DNA of 64,000 nucleotides from an uncultured Flavobacteriaceae bacterium (GCA_947489085.1 CANLCJ010000007.1:36467-100466), one strand, 5' to 3'. Positions 11,171-22,022 are shown, numbered from the stretch's first letter. Numbers and translations: made by a program. The notes: generated by a model from the letters alone, not told the origin.

Positions 11171-12673
11171 TTAGTAATTTAAAGGTTTTGGCGATTGTAC
11201 TACTCCCGCTCCTTTATCGAAACTCCACCAGTCTATGGCGTGTTTTTTTTCATCTAAAATGTAGCCCCATTTTTTCATGTAATAGGCTCTTGGTCTTATT
11301 TCGTCTCCTATCTTTTTTAATTGCGCTAGTAGTTGCGCTTCTAAATTGGCTTGTACTGTTTTAAGTTCTGGTTTGCCTAATAGATTATTTTGTTGATAAG
11401 GGTCTTCTATATTATCGTAAAACATGCTTGGTCCTTCTGGGGTTACCGCATATGTATATTGTTTTGTTCTTATCCCTCTGTAAGGCGCATCGTTTAAATT
11501 AGCGCCAAATGGGGCTACATTCATTACTAACGCTGCACGATCTGCATTAGGATCTGGATTTTTTATGAGTTTAGAAACATCATCACCTTCAATTGTACTT
11601 GGAATTGTAATACCTGATAAATTTAGTAATGAAGGGAGTATGTCTGGTGTTGTTAATGGTGCATTTACTACGGCGCCTTTGTGCCTGCCTATTTCTGGGT
11701 AACTTATAAGGAATGGTACTCTAACAGACTCGTCCCAAGCCAACTGCTTTACAAATGGTTTTACGCCGTGTGCCCCCATCATTTCGCCATGATCTGCCGA
11801 AAAAACAACTATCGTGTTTTTTAATAAGTCTTGTTTTCTAAGGTTTTCTAATACTAAGCCTATAGCTTCGTCTGTAGCTGTGGCATGGGCGTAATATCCT
11901 TGTAATTCTTTACGACTTCTTTCCTTGAATTTGTCTGCCACATTTGGATTTAAAGTCAACCCTTCTGGCGGATACATGTTTTTGTACTTTTTTGGTGCAG
12001 ATGAATGTGGGTAATGTGGTGTTGCAATAGAAATAACGGCTAAAAACGGCGTTTCATCTTTTGCATGTTGTGTTATGTATGTGTTGGCATCTTTTGCTAT
12101 TGCAAACGGAGAGTATTCGCCCCATGTTTTTATAGTTGTATCATCATTATCATAATAAGGCATTTTGGTGTAATTGTGCGAGCATTCTAAAGCACGCCAT
12201 AACTGGAACCCTTGACGTCTTTCTTTAGGTATAAACGTTTTTCTTCCATGACCGTCTAAATGCCATTTGCCCCAATAGGCTGTATTATACCCTGCTTCGT
12301 TGTAAATTTCTGCCATGGTTAATTCTTCGGCTGGCAAATGTATGTCGTTTAAAAACATACCTGTTGTAGTGGGGAACCGCCCTGTAAATAATGCTGCTCG
12401 GTGTGGTGTACACACAGGTGTTACAGAGACGGTATTGGTAAAATTTACAGCTTCTTTTGCAAATGCATCTAGATGCGGTGTTTTTACATCTGGATTTCCG
12501 GCATAGCCTAAGGCTGAACCACGCCATTGGTCTGTAAGAATGTAAACCACATTTGGTTTTTTAGCTTTTTTTTCAAAAACTTCAGCTACAGCCTCTGATT
12601 TTGATTCTTTTTTACAACTTGAAACAGCAACTCCTAGGAGTAATAAAGCTATTAATAGTGATTTTATTTTCAT
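11171..12673 (-). CDS. S1 sulfatase, lipoprotein (paralogue of 7923..9419)
   Basis: [29 protein letters not shown]; lipobox VSSC. Confidence 0.9.
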   Translation of the reverse strand: MKIKSLLIALLLLGVAVSSCKKESKSEAVAEVFEKKAKKPNVVYILTDQWRGSALGYAGNPDVKTPHLDAFAKEAVNFTNTVSVTPVCTPHRAALFTGRFPTTTGMFLNDIHLPAEELTMAEIYNEAGYNTAYWGKWHLDGHGRKTFIPKERRQGFQLWRALECSHNYTKMPYYDNDDTTIKTWGEYSPFAIAKDANTYITQHAKDETPFLAVISIATPHYPHSSAPKKYKNMYPPEGLTLNPNVADKFKERSRKELQGYYAHATATDEAIGLVLENLRKQDLLKNTIVVFSADHGEMMGAHGVKPFVKQLAWDESVRVPFLISYPEIGRHKGAVVNAPLTTPDILPSLLNLSGITIPSTIEGDDVSKLIKNPDPNADRAALVMNVAPFGANLNDAPYRGIRTKQYTYAVTPEGPSMFYDNIEDPYQQNNLLGKPELKTVQANLEAQLLAQLKKIGDEIRPRAYYMKKWGYILDEKKHAIDWWSFDKGAGVVQSPKPLNY

Positions 12674-12701
12674 TTTTTTGATTGAATTGTATGTTGGCTT
12701 A

Positions 12702-13120
12702 TTACTTCTGTTGTATTCCTGTTTTTGTTGCTGTAATTTCTTTAATGGTACCGTCTTCGTTATAATACAAATACTCTATACATGTGTTGCGTCTGTATTT
12801 TGTGCCGCCATTCCAATCTTGTACGTGGTAAAAGAAATAATTTTGTCCTTTGTAATTGACTATGGAATGATGGTCTTGTAATTTATGGCATCTTTCTTAT
12901 CGTGAGAGGTGTACATCCAAACTTTACCGTCGTTCCAAATATGTGCTGAAGGGTCTGCTGTCCTAATATGTTTTATAACAGGGTTATTTGCCTTTATTTT
13001 AGTAGCAACATCAACTTGCTCTACAGTGTCTGCTTTAGATTTTTTTTCTTGGTGTTTACTACTCCACACAAGTGCTGTAAACACCAAGGTTAATGTGATT
13101 ATATAAGGTTTTACTTTCAC
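12702..13120 (-). pseudogene. Internally deleted GH43 gene
   Basis: The 5' part encodes a signal peptide plus HIRTADPSAHIWNDGKVWMYTSHD (GH43 N-terminus). In another frame the sequence continues directly as HHSIVNYKGQNYFFYH..RRNTCIEYLYYNEDGTIKEI..* (GH43 C-terminus, stop at 12702-12704). The middle of the gene is missing. Confidence 0.8.
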
Positions 13121-15852
13121 TACAACTTAGAGGTAAAAGTATATGTTCCCGGTTGCACTTGTAATGTATTGTCGTTTACTGCTTTTACATTGCCATTTTC
13201 TTCAACATTCTCTATACGTCCTGGCATTATTACTTCTGCGGTTGTGTTAGGAGGTACAGTAACTTTTAGATTGAATATGCCTTCTGCTGTAGTCCAAGAA
13301 GAAACCACTTTTCCGTAAGGTGTGTTTAGATTTGCTTCTGCAGCCGTTAATGGCATTTTTGGCACTGGTGCTATTCTTATAGTTTTGTATCCTGCTTCTA
13401 ATGGTGCAATTCCAGCGATACGCTCGTATATCCATTCGCCTATTGCTCCATAAGCGTAGTGGTTTAAGCTGTTCATATTTTGAGGATTGAAACCTTCATC
13501 TTTACTATAGCTATTCCAGCGTTCCCAAATGGTTGTAGCACCTTGGTTTATAGAGTAAAACCACGATGGGTAGGTTTCGTTGAATAATAATTTATATATT
13601 AAATCTGTTCTTCCCATATCATCTAACACTTGAGATAAAAGCGGTGTCCCTAAAAATCCTGTTCTTAAGTGGTTATTGGCTTCACTTAATTTTCTCACTA
13701 AATTTTCTTGTACGCTTTTCTTCTTAGCTTCAGGCACTAAATCGAATGCTAGAGGTAAAAGGTAAGAGGTTTGTGTTTCTGGCCCTTCTTTAATTTTTCC
13801 TGAGGCATCCAAAAACTTATTATCGAATGCTTTTGCTACAGATTTATATAAATTCGTGTACGTGTTGTAATCGTCTGTTTTCCCTAACACTTTAGCTGCT
13901 TGCGCAGTTAATTTTGCGGAGTGTGCGAAAAAAGCAGTACCAATTAAATTAAGAGCTGTATCTCCTCTATTATCTCCACTTTCTGGATAAGGTTGTAACC
14001 AATCGGCAAAAAAGCCCATTCGAGAAATGTTATTTTTAGAAGCTGTTTTATGATAAGCAACCCAAGCTTTCATTGTTTCGTAATTTTCTTCTAAAATGGT
14101 TTTATCTCCAGTTCTAAAATATATTTTCCAAGGAATAATAGTACATACATCTCCCCAACCTGCACTTACCTTATTGTTATTTAAAACGTCTGGTACTACC
14201 CAAGGGATACCGCCATTATCGTATTGCGATTCTCTAACACTTTGTAACCAACTGGCCCAAAATTTATAGACATCTGCATTAAACATAGACGTTGGCCCAA
14301 ACACTTGGGCATCTCCTGTCCACCCCATACGCTCGTCGCGTTGTGGACAATCTGTTGGTATATCGAAAAAATTACCTCTTAATCCCCAAACAATATTGCT
14401 TTGCAATTGGTTTAATTTGTCGTGAGATGAAGTGAATGTACCATTCTTTTCAAAATCTGAATATTGCACTAAACCTTTAACCCAATTTTCTGTTGGTTCT
14501 ACTGTGGTATCGAAACCGCTTAGCTCAACGTACCTAAAACCGTGGAATGTAAATTTAGGAGACCATTCTATAACGCCATCTTTTGAGGCTGTATAGTAGT
14601 TTGTTGATTGTGCAGAACGGTAGTTTTCTGTATAAAATGTTCCATCTGGCGATAACATTTCTGCAAACCGAACTTTTAAAGTTTCTCCTTTTTTCATAGG
14701 TACTTTTAAAAGTGGCACGCCAACCATGTTTTGTTTTAAATCGAAGATAACTGTTGTTTCTTTTTTTGTAATTTCTTTTGTTGGAAGTTCTATTTTACTT
14801 TTTACTGTTGTATGGCGTTTGGGTTCTAATCGTATGCTATTATCAACCGCAAAAGCGTTAACAGTTTCCCATCCTTCATCTTTAAAACCATTAGCGGTCC
14901 AATTTGGTAGCTCTAAATTTGCATCGTAGGTTTCTCCATCGTAAATCTCAGAAAGACGTATTGGGCCATTGGTTGTACCTTTCCAAGTATTATCAGATAG
15001 TAGCATCTGTTTGGAACCATCTTTCATTGTTAATTCTAACTGGCATAAAATTTTTGGCGTTTCTGTATCGCTCCAAAAAGATTTCATCCAACCTAAGCGT
15101 CCAGAGTGCCATCCAGATGCGACTTCTACTCCAATAGTATTTTTTCCTTTTGTTACAAAATCGCTAACATTATAGGTAATGGTTTCAATACGCTTTTTAT
15201 ATGGTGTGTATCCTGGAGGCATAACATCGTCGCTAACGTCTTTTCCATTTAGGGCTACATCGAAAACACCTTTTGCAGTAATATATAAACGTGCTTCGGT
15301 AATATCGGCAGGTATTTCAAACTCTTTTCTAAGATACTGTGGCCGGTGAATAACGTTTTCCTGACTTCCTATTACTTGTTCTTTTTTGGTATCTACCCCA
15401 ATCCATTGGGCTTTCCAATCCTTGTTAGATAATAACCCCAATTCGAAATGATTGATTGCACTCCAAGAGGATACTGCATCATCTTGATTCCAATATTGTA
15501 CTTGCCAATACACTTTTTGTCTGGATTGTAAAGGAGTGCCTTTATATTTAATCCAAACAGATTGGTCTGTATTCGTTTTTTGGGAATCCCATAAATCGGC
15601 ATTGTCTGGCAGTAAATCTGGGCTACTTGCTGCTAAAATTCTATAAGCTGTTTGAGATTTTACAGTAGACGTTACTGGTAGCTGCCATGAAAACGTAGGG
15701 CTTGCATCGTAAAAGCCCAAAGGGTTTTCAATGCCTTCGGAAATATTTAAATGCAAAGGTGCGTCTTGCGTTTCTGATGCTTTAGGCGCTTTACACGATG
15801 TTAAAAAACATGACATGCAACCTGCAACTGCGATTAAAAGAGTTTTAAACAT
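13120..15852 (-). CDS. GH78 alpha-L-rhamnosidase, lipoprotein
   Basis: PQYLRKEF, DLKQNMVG, FTFHGFRYVE, PTDCPQRDERMGWTGDAQ, TGFLGT, GATTIWERW, SLNHYAYG; lipobox LTSC. Confidence 0.95.
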   Translation of the reverse strand: MFKTLLIAVAGCMSCFLTSCKAPKASETQDAPLHLNISEGIENPLGFYDASPTFSWQLPVTSTVKSQTAYRILAASSPDLLPDNADLWDSQKTNTDQSVWIKYKGTPLQSRQKVYWQVQYWNQDDAVSSWSAINHFELGLLSNKDWKAQWIGVDTKKEQVIGSQENVIHRPQYLRKEFEIPADITEARLYITAKGVFDVALNGKDVSDDVMPPGYTPYKKRIETITYNVSDFVTKGKNTIGVEVASGWHSGRLGWMKSFWSDTETPKILCQLELTMKDGSKQMLLSDNTWKGTTNGPIRLSEIYDGETYDANLELPNWTANGFKDEGWETVNAFAVDNSIRLEPKRHTTVKSKIELPTKEITKKETTVIFDLKQNMVGVPLLKVPMKKGETLKVRFAEMLSPDGTFYTENYRSAQSTNYYTASKDGVIEWSPKFTFHGFRYVELSGFDTTVEPTENWVKGLVQYSDFEKNGTFTSSHDKLNQLQSNIVWGLRGNFFDIPTDCPQRDERMGWTGDAQVFGPTSMFNADVYKFWASWLQSVRESQYDNGGIPWVVPDVLNNNKVSAGWGDVCTIIPWKIYFRTGDKTILEENYETMKAWVAYHKTASKNNISRMGFFADWLQPYPESGDNRGDTALNLIGTAFFAHSAKLTAQAAKVLGKTDDYNTYTNLYKSVAKAFDNKFLDASGKIKEGPETQTSYLLPLAFDLVPEAKKKSVQENLVRKLSEANNHLRTGFLGTPLLSQVLDDMGRTDLIYKLLFNETYPSWFYSINQGATTIWERWNSYSKDEGFNPQNMNSLNHYAYGAIGEWIYERIAGIAPLEAGYKTIRIAPVPKMPLTAAEANLNTPYGKVVSSWTTAEGIFNLKVTVPPNTTAEVIMPGRIENVEENGNVKAVNDNTLQVQPGTYTFTSKL

Positions 15853-15876
15853 AATGGTTTTTAGATAGTTATGATA

Positions 15877-18687
15877 TTAAATTTTTGTTTGTATAGAGTA
15901 GTCTCCTGGTTGAACAAGAAACTTTATGTTTTGGCTTGTACTGTTTAAAATTTTAATAGATGAATTACCATCAATTTTCGTACCATTTATTGTAGTATTT
16001 TGAATTTCTCCAAAAGGTAGTTCTACTTCTGCCGTCGTATTTGGTGGAATGCTAATTTCTAAACTGTAGGTTTCTTTTTCTTTACGCCAAGACGACTTTA
16101 TGTTTCCATAAGGTGTTTCTACAGTTGCAGAAGCAGATGTTAAAGGTGCTCTTGGTTTTGGCGCTATTTTTATGATTTTGTAACCTGGTGCTATTGGAGC
16201 TATACCTGCAATACGCTCGTAAAGCCATTGGCCTATGGCTCCGTAAGCATAATGGTTTAAACTGTTCATGCTTTGCGAGTTATAGCCACCTGCTTTGCTA
16301 AAACTATTCCAACGTTCCCACATGGTTGTAGCGCCTTGATTTATAGAGTAAAACCAAGAAGGATAAGTTTCTTTAAACAGAATTTTATACATTATATCTA
16401 TTTCTCCCATATTGTCTAAAACTTTTGGTAAAATAGGTGTGCCTAAAAACCCTGTTCCTAGGTGGTAATCGGTATTTTTAATTTCTTCGAGCAAATGGTT
16501 TTGTGCTTTTAGTTTGGTTTCTGCTTTAAATAGGCCGAAATGTAAACCTAATAGGTAGCTTGTTTGCGTTTGTCTTTCTTGTTTAAATCTGGCATTTTCG
16601 TCAAAAAACTCATTTTCAAAAGCGTTAGCAATAGCGCTATACAAGGTTTTATATTTTTTTTCGTCGTCGGCTTTTCCTAATACGCCTGCTATTTTAGATA
16701 TTAAGTGTGCAGAATGTGCAAAGTGAGCGGTGTTAATTAATTCTTTTGGTGTATCGCCTCTATTTGCTTTTTTTAAGCTTTTAGAGGGGTAGGGTTGTAG
16801 CCAATCTCCAAAAGAATGCATTACTGGGATATAAGGTTTTTTTCTTATTTTGGATTGGTAATACCTCAACCATTTCTTTGCCGACTCATAGCTTTCTTCT
16901 AGTATTGTTAGATCTCCTGTTATGTTGTAAATATCCCAAGGAATGATAACGCAGGCATCTCCCCAACCAGAACTGCCATTTTTATTTTGAAGTACGTCTG
17001 GAACTATATAGGGCACCAAACCGTTTTTGTGTTCAGATTGGTTTTCTCTCAAACTTTGCAACCAGGCTGTCCAAAATGCATGGGTATTATAGTTAAACAG
17101 TGCTGTGAGGGCAATAACTTGCGCGTCTCCTGTCCAACCTAAACGTTCATCGCGCTGCGGACAGTCTGTCGGGATATCGAAAAAATTATCGCGTAACCCC
17201 CAGGTAATGTTTTGTTGTAATTGGTTTAACTTTTTATGAGACGATGTAAACGTTCCGTTTATCTTAAAATTAGAGTGTTGTGCTATGCCTTGCACCCAGG
17301 ATGCATCTGGCTTCGCATTTTTATCGTAACCACTTAATTCTATATATTGAAAGCCGTGAAATGTAAATTTAGGCGTGTATTCTATAACACCGTCTTTAGC
17401 TGCGATGTAATAGTCGGTTGATTTTGCTGAACGGTAATTTTTGGTATAAAAAACATTGTCTTTTAATAACATTTCAGAAAAACGGATTTTTAAAGTGTCT
17501 CCCTTTTTCATTGGTACTTTTAGTCTTGGTACTCCCACGATATTCTGTTTCACATTAAAAACTGATGCGTTTTCTTTAATCGAAACTATTTCCACATCAT
17601 TTAAAATGACTTGATTTTTTACAGTATGGTGTCTTTTTGGTGCTAATTTTACAGTATTAGAGAGCGCTTCAGTTTCGACAGATTCCCATTTTTCATCATT
17701 AAAAGCAATAGTATTCCAATCTTGTATTTCAAAATTAGCGTCGTATAGCTCGCCGTCGTAAATACTGGCTAAACGTATCGGGCCATTGGTAGTGCCTTTC
17801 CAAGACGCATCTGATACAATTGTTTGTTTAGAACCGTCTTTCATGGTAACTTCTAATTGGCACAGGATTTTGGGTGATGCAAAATTTTCATACAATGCTC
17901 GACCTCTGCTTATTCTTCCTGAATGCCAACCAGAGGCTAACTCTACTGCAATGGCATTTTTGCCTTTCTTTAAAAGTTGTGTTACATTATATGTTATTGT
18001 TTCTATTCGATGGTTATAAGGCGTCCAACCGGGCGTCATTACATCGTCGCTTACGTCTTTTCCATTTAAATGTACGTCGAACACACCTTTTGCCGTAATA
18101 TATAACCTTGCGGAAGCTACTTTAGAAGACAGTTTGAATTTTTTTCTTAAATATTGGGGTCTGTGCATCAAAAATTTACGCACGCCTCTTATACTATCTT
18201 TTGCGGTATTTAATCCCACCCATTGGGCTTTCCAGTCGGCGTTTTCTAGCAGTCCAAACTCTATTGTGTTTACAGCACTCCACAAAGAGGGTTGCTCATC
18301 TTGGTTCCAGTATTTTACTTGCCAGTAGATTTTTTGTCTGGATTGTAATGTAGTGCCTTTGTATTTTACAAATATTGATGTATCGGTTTCTTGCTTTGTG
18401 GAATCCCAAAGGTCTGCTTGATCTGGCAGTAAATCTGGAGAAGTTGCTACAACAATTCTATAGGCTGTTTGCGATAAGACGTTTTTTAAAGCGGGGAGCT
18501 TCCATGAAAACGTTGGTGTATTATCGTAAAACCCTATTGGATTTTCGAACCCTTGGGAAACTGTAAGCGCATTTGGTGCTTTAATTTGTGCATTAACTAG
18601 AGTAGCTTGTAGCACCAAAAACAAGACACTACAAATCAGTTGTTTAGCGGCATTTAATTTCAAGAACGCATCAGTTTCTCGCATCAT
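15877..18687 (-). CDS. GH78 alpha-L-rhamnosidase (tandem paralogue of 13120..15852)
   Basis: PTDCPQRDERLGWTGDAQ, TGFLGT, GATTMWERW, SLNHYAYG; cleavable signal peptide (VNA-Q). Confidence 0.95.
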   Translation of the reverse strand: MMRETDAFLKLNAAKQLICSVLFLVLQATLVNAQIKAPNALTVSQGFENPIGFYDNTPTFSWKLPALKNVLSQTAYRIVVATSPDLLPDQADLWDSTKQETDTSIFVKYKGTTLQSRQKIYWQVKYWNQDEQPSLWSAVNTIEFGLLENADWKAQWVGLNTAKDSIRGVRKFLMHRPQYLRKKFKLSSKVASARLYITAKGVFDVHLNGKDVSDDVMTPGWTPYNHRIETITYNVTQLLKKGKNAIAVELASGWHSGRISRGRALYENFASPKILCQLEVTMKDGSKQTIVSDASWKGTTNGPIRLASIYDGELYDANFEIQDWNTIAFNDEKWESVETEALSNTVKLAPKRHHTVKNQVILNDVEIVSIKENASVFNVKQNIVGVPRLKVPMKKGDTLKIRFSEMLLKDNVFYTKNYRSAKSTDYYIAAKDGVIEYTPKFTFHGFQYIELSGYDKNAKPDASWVQGIAQHSNFKINGTFTSSHKKLNQLQQNITWGLRDNFFDIPTDCPQRDERLGWTGDAQVIALTALFNYNTHAFWTAWLQSLRENQSEHKNGLVPYIVPDVLQNKNGSSGWGDACVIIPWDIYNITGDLTILEESYESAKKWLRYYQSKIRKKPYIPVMHSFGDWLQPYPSKSLKKANRGDTPKELINTAHFAHSAHLISKIAGVLGKADDEKKYKTLYSAIANAFENEFFDENARFKQERQTQTSYLLGLHFGLFKAETKLKAQNHLLEEIKNTDYHLGTGFLGTPILPKVLDNMGEIDIMYKILFKETYPSWFYSINQGATTMWERWNSFSKAGGYNSQSMNSLNHYAYGAIGQWLYERIAGIAPIAPGYKIIKIAPKPRAPLTSASATVETPYGNIKSSWRKEKETYSLEISIPPNTTAEVELPFGEIQNTTINGTKIDGNSSIKILNSTSQNIKFLVQPGDYSIQTKI

Positions 18688-18751
18688 AATATTTAATTTA
18701 AAAATCGAGTATAGATTTAGTTTGCAATTTCCATTTTCTTTTCGAGTAAAG

Positions 18752-18768
18752 TATCCTGATATAGCATG
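18752..18768 (-). promoter_or_regulatory. Candidate operator, 10-bp-period direct repeat (CATGCTA-tat-CAGGATA)
   Basis: 65 nt upstream of the GH78 start at 18687; one of a recurring set of CAGGATA sites. Confidence 0.55.
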
Positions 18769-19100
18769 AATGGGGAAACTGCTTCACTATCATCTCTGTT
18801 GTGTATCGTTCTGCCAGCATTACAAAGTAAAGCTCTGTCTGTTATTGGGCTTTTTTTGTTACTGTCTTGCACTCTTATCATTATATCGCACCATATTTGG
18901 CCTATTAAAGTTTGTTTTAAAAAAGCTTTTATTCTTTATAAATTTAAATTTTGCATGGTGCTTTTACATTTTTGCATAAGTGTATAGGAGCCATAATACC
19001 TAGGTTTGCCTTAGTAGATGTGTGCATTAAAGAACGTCTTTTCATTTTTTCCTATTTTCTTAAAATGTGGACTAAATGTATACGAACTCATTTAATAAAG

Positions 19101-19117
19101 TATCCTGCGCTGTGCTG
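19101..19117 (-). promoter_or_regulatory. Candidate operator (CAGCACA-gcg-CAGGATA)
   Basis: 56 nt upstream of the short ORF 18944..19045; same motif family. Confidence 0.45.
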
Positions 19118-19508
19118 TAGTTTAACCCTTTTCTGTATTAAAAACTCTATTACAACTGTGATCGTCTTCATATGCTATTGTAAACCGCACTTTTCAGTTT
19201 TACCATAATGGCATTGCCCTAAAACTGAGGCAATACTAGTTCGTATTTGATATCTCGGCTTCATAACACCATTCTACCCCTTAAAGCAGGTAGAGCTAAC
19301 TGCTATAGTTCAAACATAATTCAATGCTTTCTTTTTATACTCTTGAGCAAAAATTTCGTGTATACGTGTTTTTTTCTACCATACTTGGGTTAAAAAACGC
19401 AACCTTAATTACGCTAATTTTCAATATTTTGCCTTAAACTAGTGAAAAATGATTCAACATATTTATACAAAATTATTAGCCATAAATGCATAAAGCTGTT
19501 ATTATGAA

Positions 19509-19555
19509 AAATGACATTTAATGTTTAATTAAAATTTAAACATTAAATGTCATTT
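19509..19555 (-). terminator. Probable intrinsic terminator after the PL24 gene
   Basis: Perfect 20-bp inverted repeat aaatgacatttaatgtttaa / ttaaacattaaatgtcattt with a 7-nt loop, about 40 nt past the stop codon. Confidence 0.65.
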
Positions 19556-19592
19556 CTAAATACCTCTAAAGGTTCTTATGGTTTAAGGTCGA

Positions 19593-22022
19593 CTATCGTA
19601 TTACCAGTTTGGTATAGGATACTCCTTGTTTATCGTCTGTAATTTTAACCATGTATAACCCCGATTTAAAACGGTCGTTATTTTCTATCTCTAAAACATT
19701 AGAATTGACTGTCTTTTGATATACAATTTTACCTAACATATCGTTTATTACAACAGTTAAGGCTGTAGTACCTCTACGCGTTATCGTAAATTTATTGCTG
19801 GCTGGATTAGGGAATAACAGTACTTGAGATGCATTTGCTTCTGTACCGCTAGTAGATAGAACTCTAATGGATTCCATAATCCATTTAGATCTGTCGTTTA
19901 AACCCGGTGTATGTTCAATACTATTATTTTCGCTATGGGCTAAATATCTGTTTCCGGATCTTGTTCTAAAGCTATAGGTTTCGTCTTCGCTGTTATATAT
20001 AACTGTCCATACTTTATCGGAGTCTGAATTTGGTGCGGAGCGGGTTGTATTTATTATTTCGCCAACTGGATTTCCTGCAAATCTTAATATACCTCTTGAT
20101 GTTTTACTATCTATATTGTAAAAATCTCCAGATCTAACAATTTCCCACTGTTTATCTACTCCTTCTCCAGAAATACTAGCTACAACATCTCCGTCTTCAG
20201 ACTTTAAATACATTCCTGTGCTTACGTTTTTCATTCTATAAATATCTCCTGTTAAATCTGTTAAGTCTCTAGGCTCTACATTTATAGTTGCAGTTGTACT
20301 GATTTGTTCGCCAGTGCTACTGTATGCAATAGCTTCTATTTCGTGTTGCCCTTCTACAGCATCCCAGCTCGCATTAAAAGGCGCTTCGTTGTCTGTTTTT
20401 ATAAGTTCTCCTTCTCTGTAAAACTCTACTCTAGACACTATACCGTTATCTGTATAGGCATCTACAGCTATGGGTATGTTTTGTTCTGCATTAAAAGATT
20501 GATTATTTTCTATTGTTGTAAATGCAACCGTTAAGGGTTGTGGCTCTGCATTTACGTCTAGATCTATAATCTGTAAATACACTGGTTGCGCACTGCCTGA
20601 GCTTCTTTCCATAAGGTAGTAATAAAGTATGCCGTTAGCGATAAACACTCTACCATGATCGAAACTTCTACCGCTGTTATCCTCATACACTCTTCTAAAA
20701 TTATTTGTACCTCCTTTAGCTTTTTCGACAAAAACTTTATTGTTTTCTAAACCTATAATGTAAATGTCGTCTGCAAAGGTATATATTGCTTGGGCTCCAG
20801 AAAATTCGGTTGTTGTTGTAAACTCGGTCTCCCCACCTCTTCTATATGTATGAACAGATTTTGAGACACCATTCTCTCTATCTTCCACACTACTTATTAA
20901 GTGTACATCTTCCCGAGCTGTCACTGTCCAATCGAAACCGCCAACAATATACACTTGGTCTTTTGCTGTTGTTTCCACCAGATCTCCTGGTTCTGTAACT
21001 AGTATTCTATCTGAATCGATTAGAGGCAACTGAAATTCTTCGCCTCTATGGTTTTTCCAACCTGTTAATCCGTCTTGATCGTCTGAATAGGCATAGTAAA
21101 TTCCGTTTTGAAATATGAATTTATCATTATTGTTAGAAGACCTTCTCTGGTAACCAATTCTCATTTTTCCATTAACATATTTTATGTCTCCGTAAAGCCC
21201 CCAATTGAAACTTTGTCCTCTACTTCTCGCATTAAGTATATTAAAGTGCGTGAATCCTGACCATGATGCTGTAGCTGCATCATATTTTGAAAATTTATAT
21301 GCCCCATTATTATTACCACCTTCTCTCATATACATGAATAAATCTCCAGAATCGTTCAAGAAAAACTGTGGATATGTAAGTGCGTTAAAATTACTATAAT
21401 CTTCTCCTCCGTTTAAGCTTAAATGTTTGTAACCGCCTTCACTGTTTTGTACAAATTTATCTAATGTAAACTCTGAATCTGCTATTGTGGCTATATTTTG
21501 TTCTGAATAGGAATATCTAAAATAATCGTTACTTAAACTTCCATCGGATGGTCTTGTTCTGGAATAGGCATGCATGTCATACAATAAATGTATTGTACCA
21601 TCCAAGGGGCTTACGCCTACCGCTATGGTATTATGAGATTCTCCTAACCAAGCTCTGTTTTGAAAACCGTTATGCCTGTGGGGAAATTCTATTGTTGCTG
21701 CTGTTCTTGTGTTTGTATTGTAACGGGTTAACATTACGTGCCTGTCTGTTTTACCGCCTCGATACCAAGTTACAAAAACATACTCATTGTACGTTTTTAT
21801 ACAATCGCCATGTGCAGAAATATTTCTACCAAACACATAATCGTAAGAACTATCGCTTCCATTATCTGCGGCACCAGTACCTACTTTATTACCATTGAAG
21901 TGCAACGCATTGTTGGCGATTAACACTTCTGAAGTTAGCCTTACCTGAGCCAAAACAGAAACATTGATTCCAATTGATATTACAATAAGATGTATGAAAC
22001 GCTTAACGTAATTTTTTTTCAT
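19593..22022 (-). CDS. PL24 ulvan lyase (BNR-repeat beta-propeller) + Ig-like domain + ricin-type module + T9SS C-terminal domain
   Basis: YDYVFGRNISAHGDCIKTY, GESHNTIAVGVSPLDGTIHLLYDMHAY, LTYPQFF, YMREGGNN match the PL24 (LOR_107-type) pattern as recalled; LFPNPA..GLYMVKI..KLVIR T9SS CTD. Confidence 0.85.
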   Translation of the reverse strand: MKKNYVKRFIHLIVISIGINVSVLAQVRLTSEVLIANNALHFNGNKVGTGAADNGSDSSYDYVFGRNISAHGDCIKTYNEYVFVTWYRGGKTDRHVMLTRYNTNTRTAATIEFPHRHNGFQNRAWLGESHNTIAVGVSPLDGTIHLLYDMHAYSRTRPSDGSLSNDYFRYSYSEQNIATIADSEFTLDKFVQNSEGGYKHLSLNGGEDYSNFNALTYPQFFLNDSGDLFMYMREGGNNNGAYKFSKYDAATASWSGFTHFNILNARSRGQSFNWGLYGDIKYVNGKMRIGYQRRSSNNNDKFIFQNGIYYAYSDDQDGLTGWKNHRGEEFQLPLIDSDRILVTEPGDLVETTAKDQVYIVGGFDWTVTAREDVHLISSVEDRENGVSKSVHTYRRGGETEFTTTTEFSGAQAIYTFADDIYIIGLENNKVFVEKAKGGTNNFRRVYEDNSGRSFDHGRVFIANGILYYYLMERSSGSAQPVYLQIIDLDVNAEPQPLTVAFTTIENNQSFNAEQNIPIAVDAYTDNGIVSRVEFYREGELIKTDNEAPFNASWDAVEGQHEIEAIAYSSTGEQISTTATINVEPRDLTDLTGDIYRMKNVSTGMYLKSEDGDVVASISGEGVDKQWEIVRSGDFYNIDSKTSRGILRFAGNPVGEIINTTRSAPNSDSDKVWTVIYNSEDETYSFRTRSGNRYLAHSENNSIEHTPGLNDRSKWIMESIRVLSTSGTEANASQVLLFPNPASNKFTITRRGTTALTVVINDMLGKIVYQKTVNSNVLEIENNDRFKSGLYMVKITDDKQGVSYTKLVIR

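Noticed and set aside
18766-19208. Short + strand ORFs in the 18.7-19.6 kb gap
   Set aside because: Overlapping, Leu/Phe/Cys-rich translations typical of AT-rich non-coding DNA; no recognisable family.
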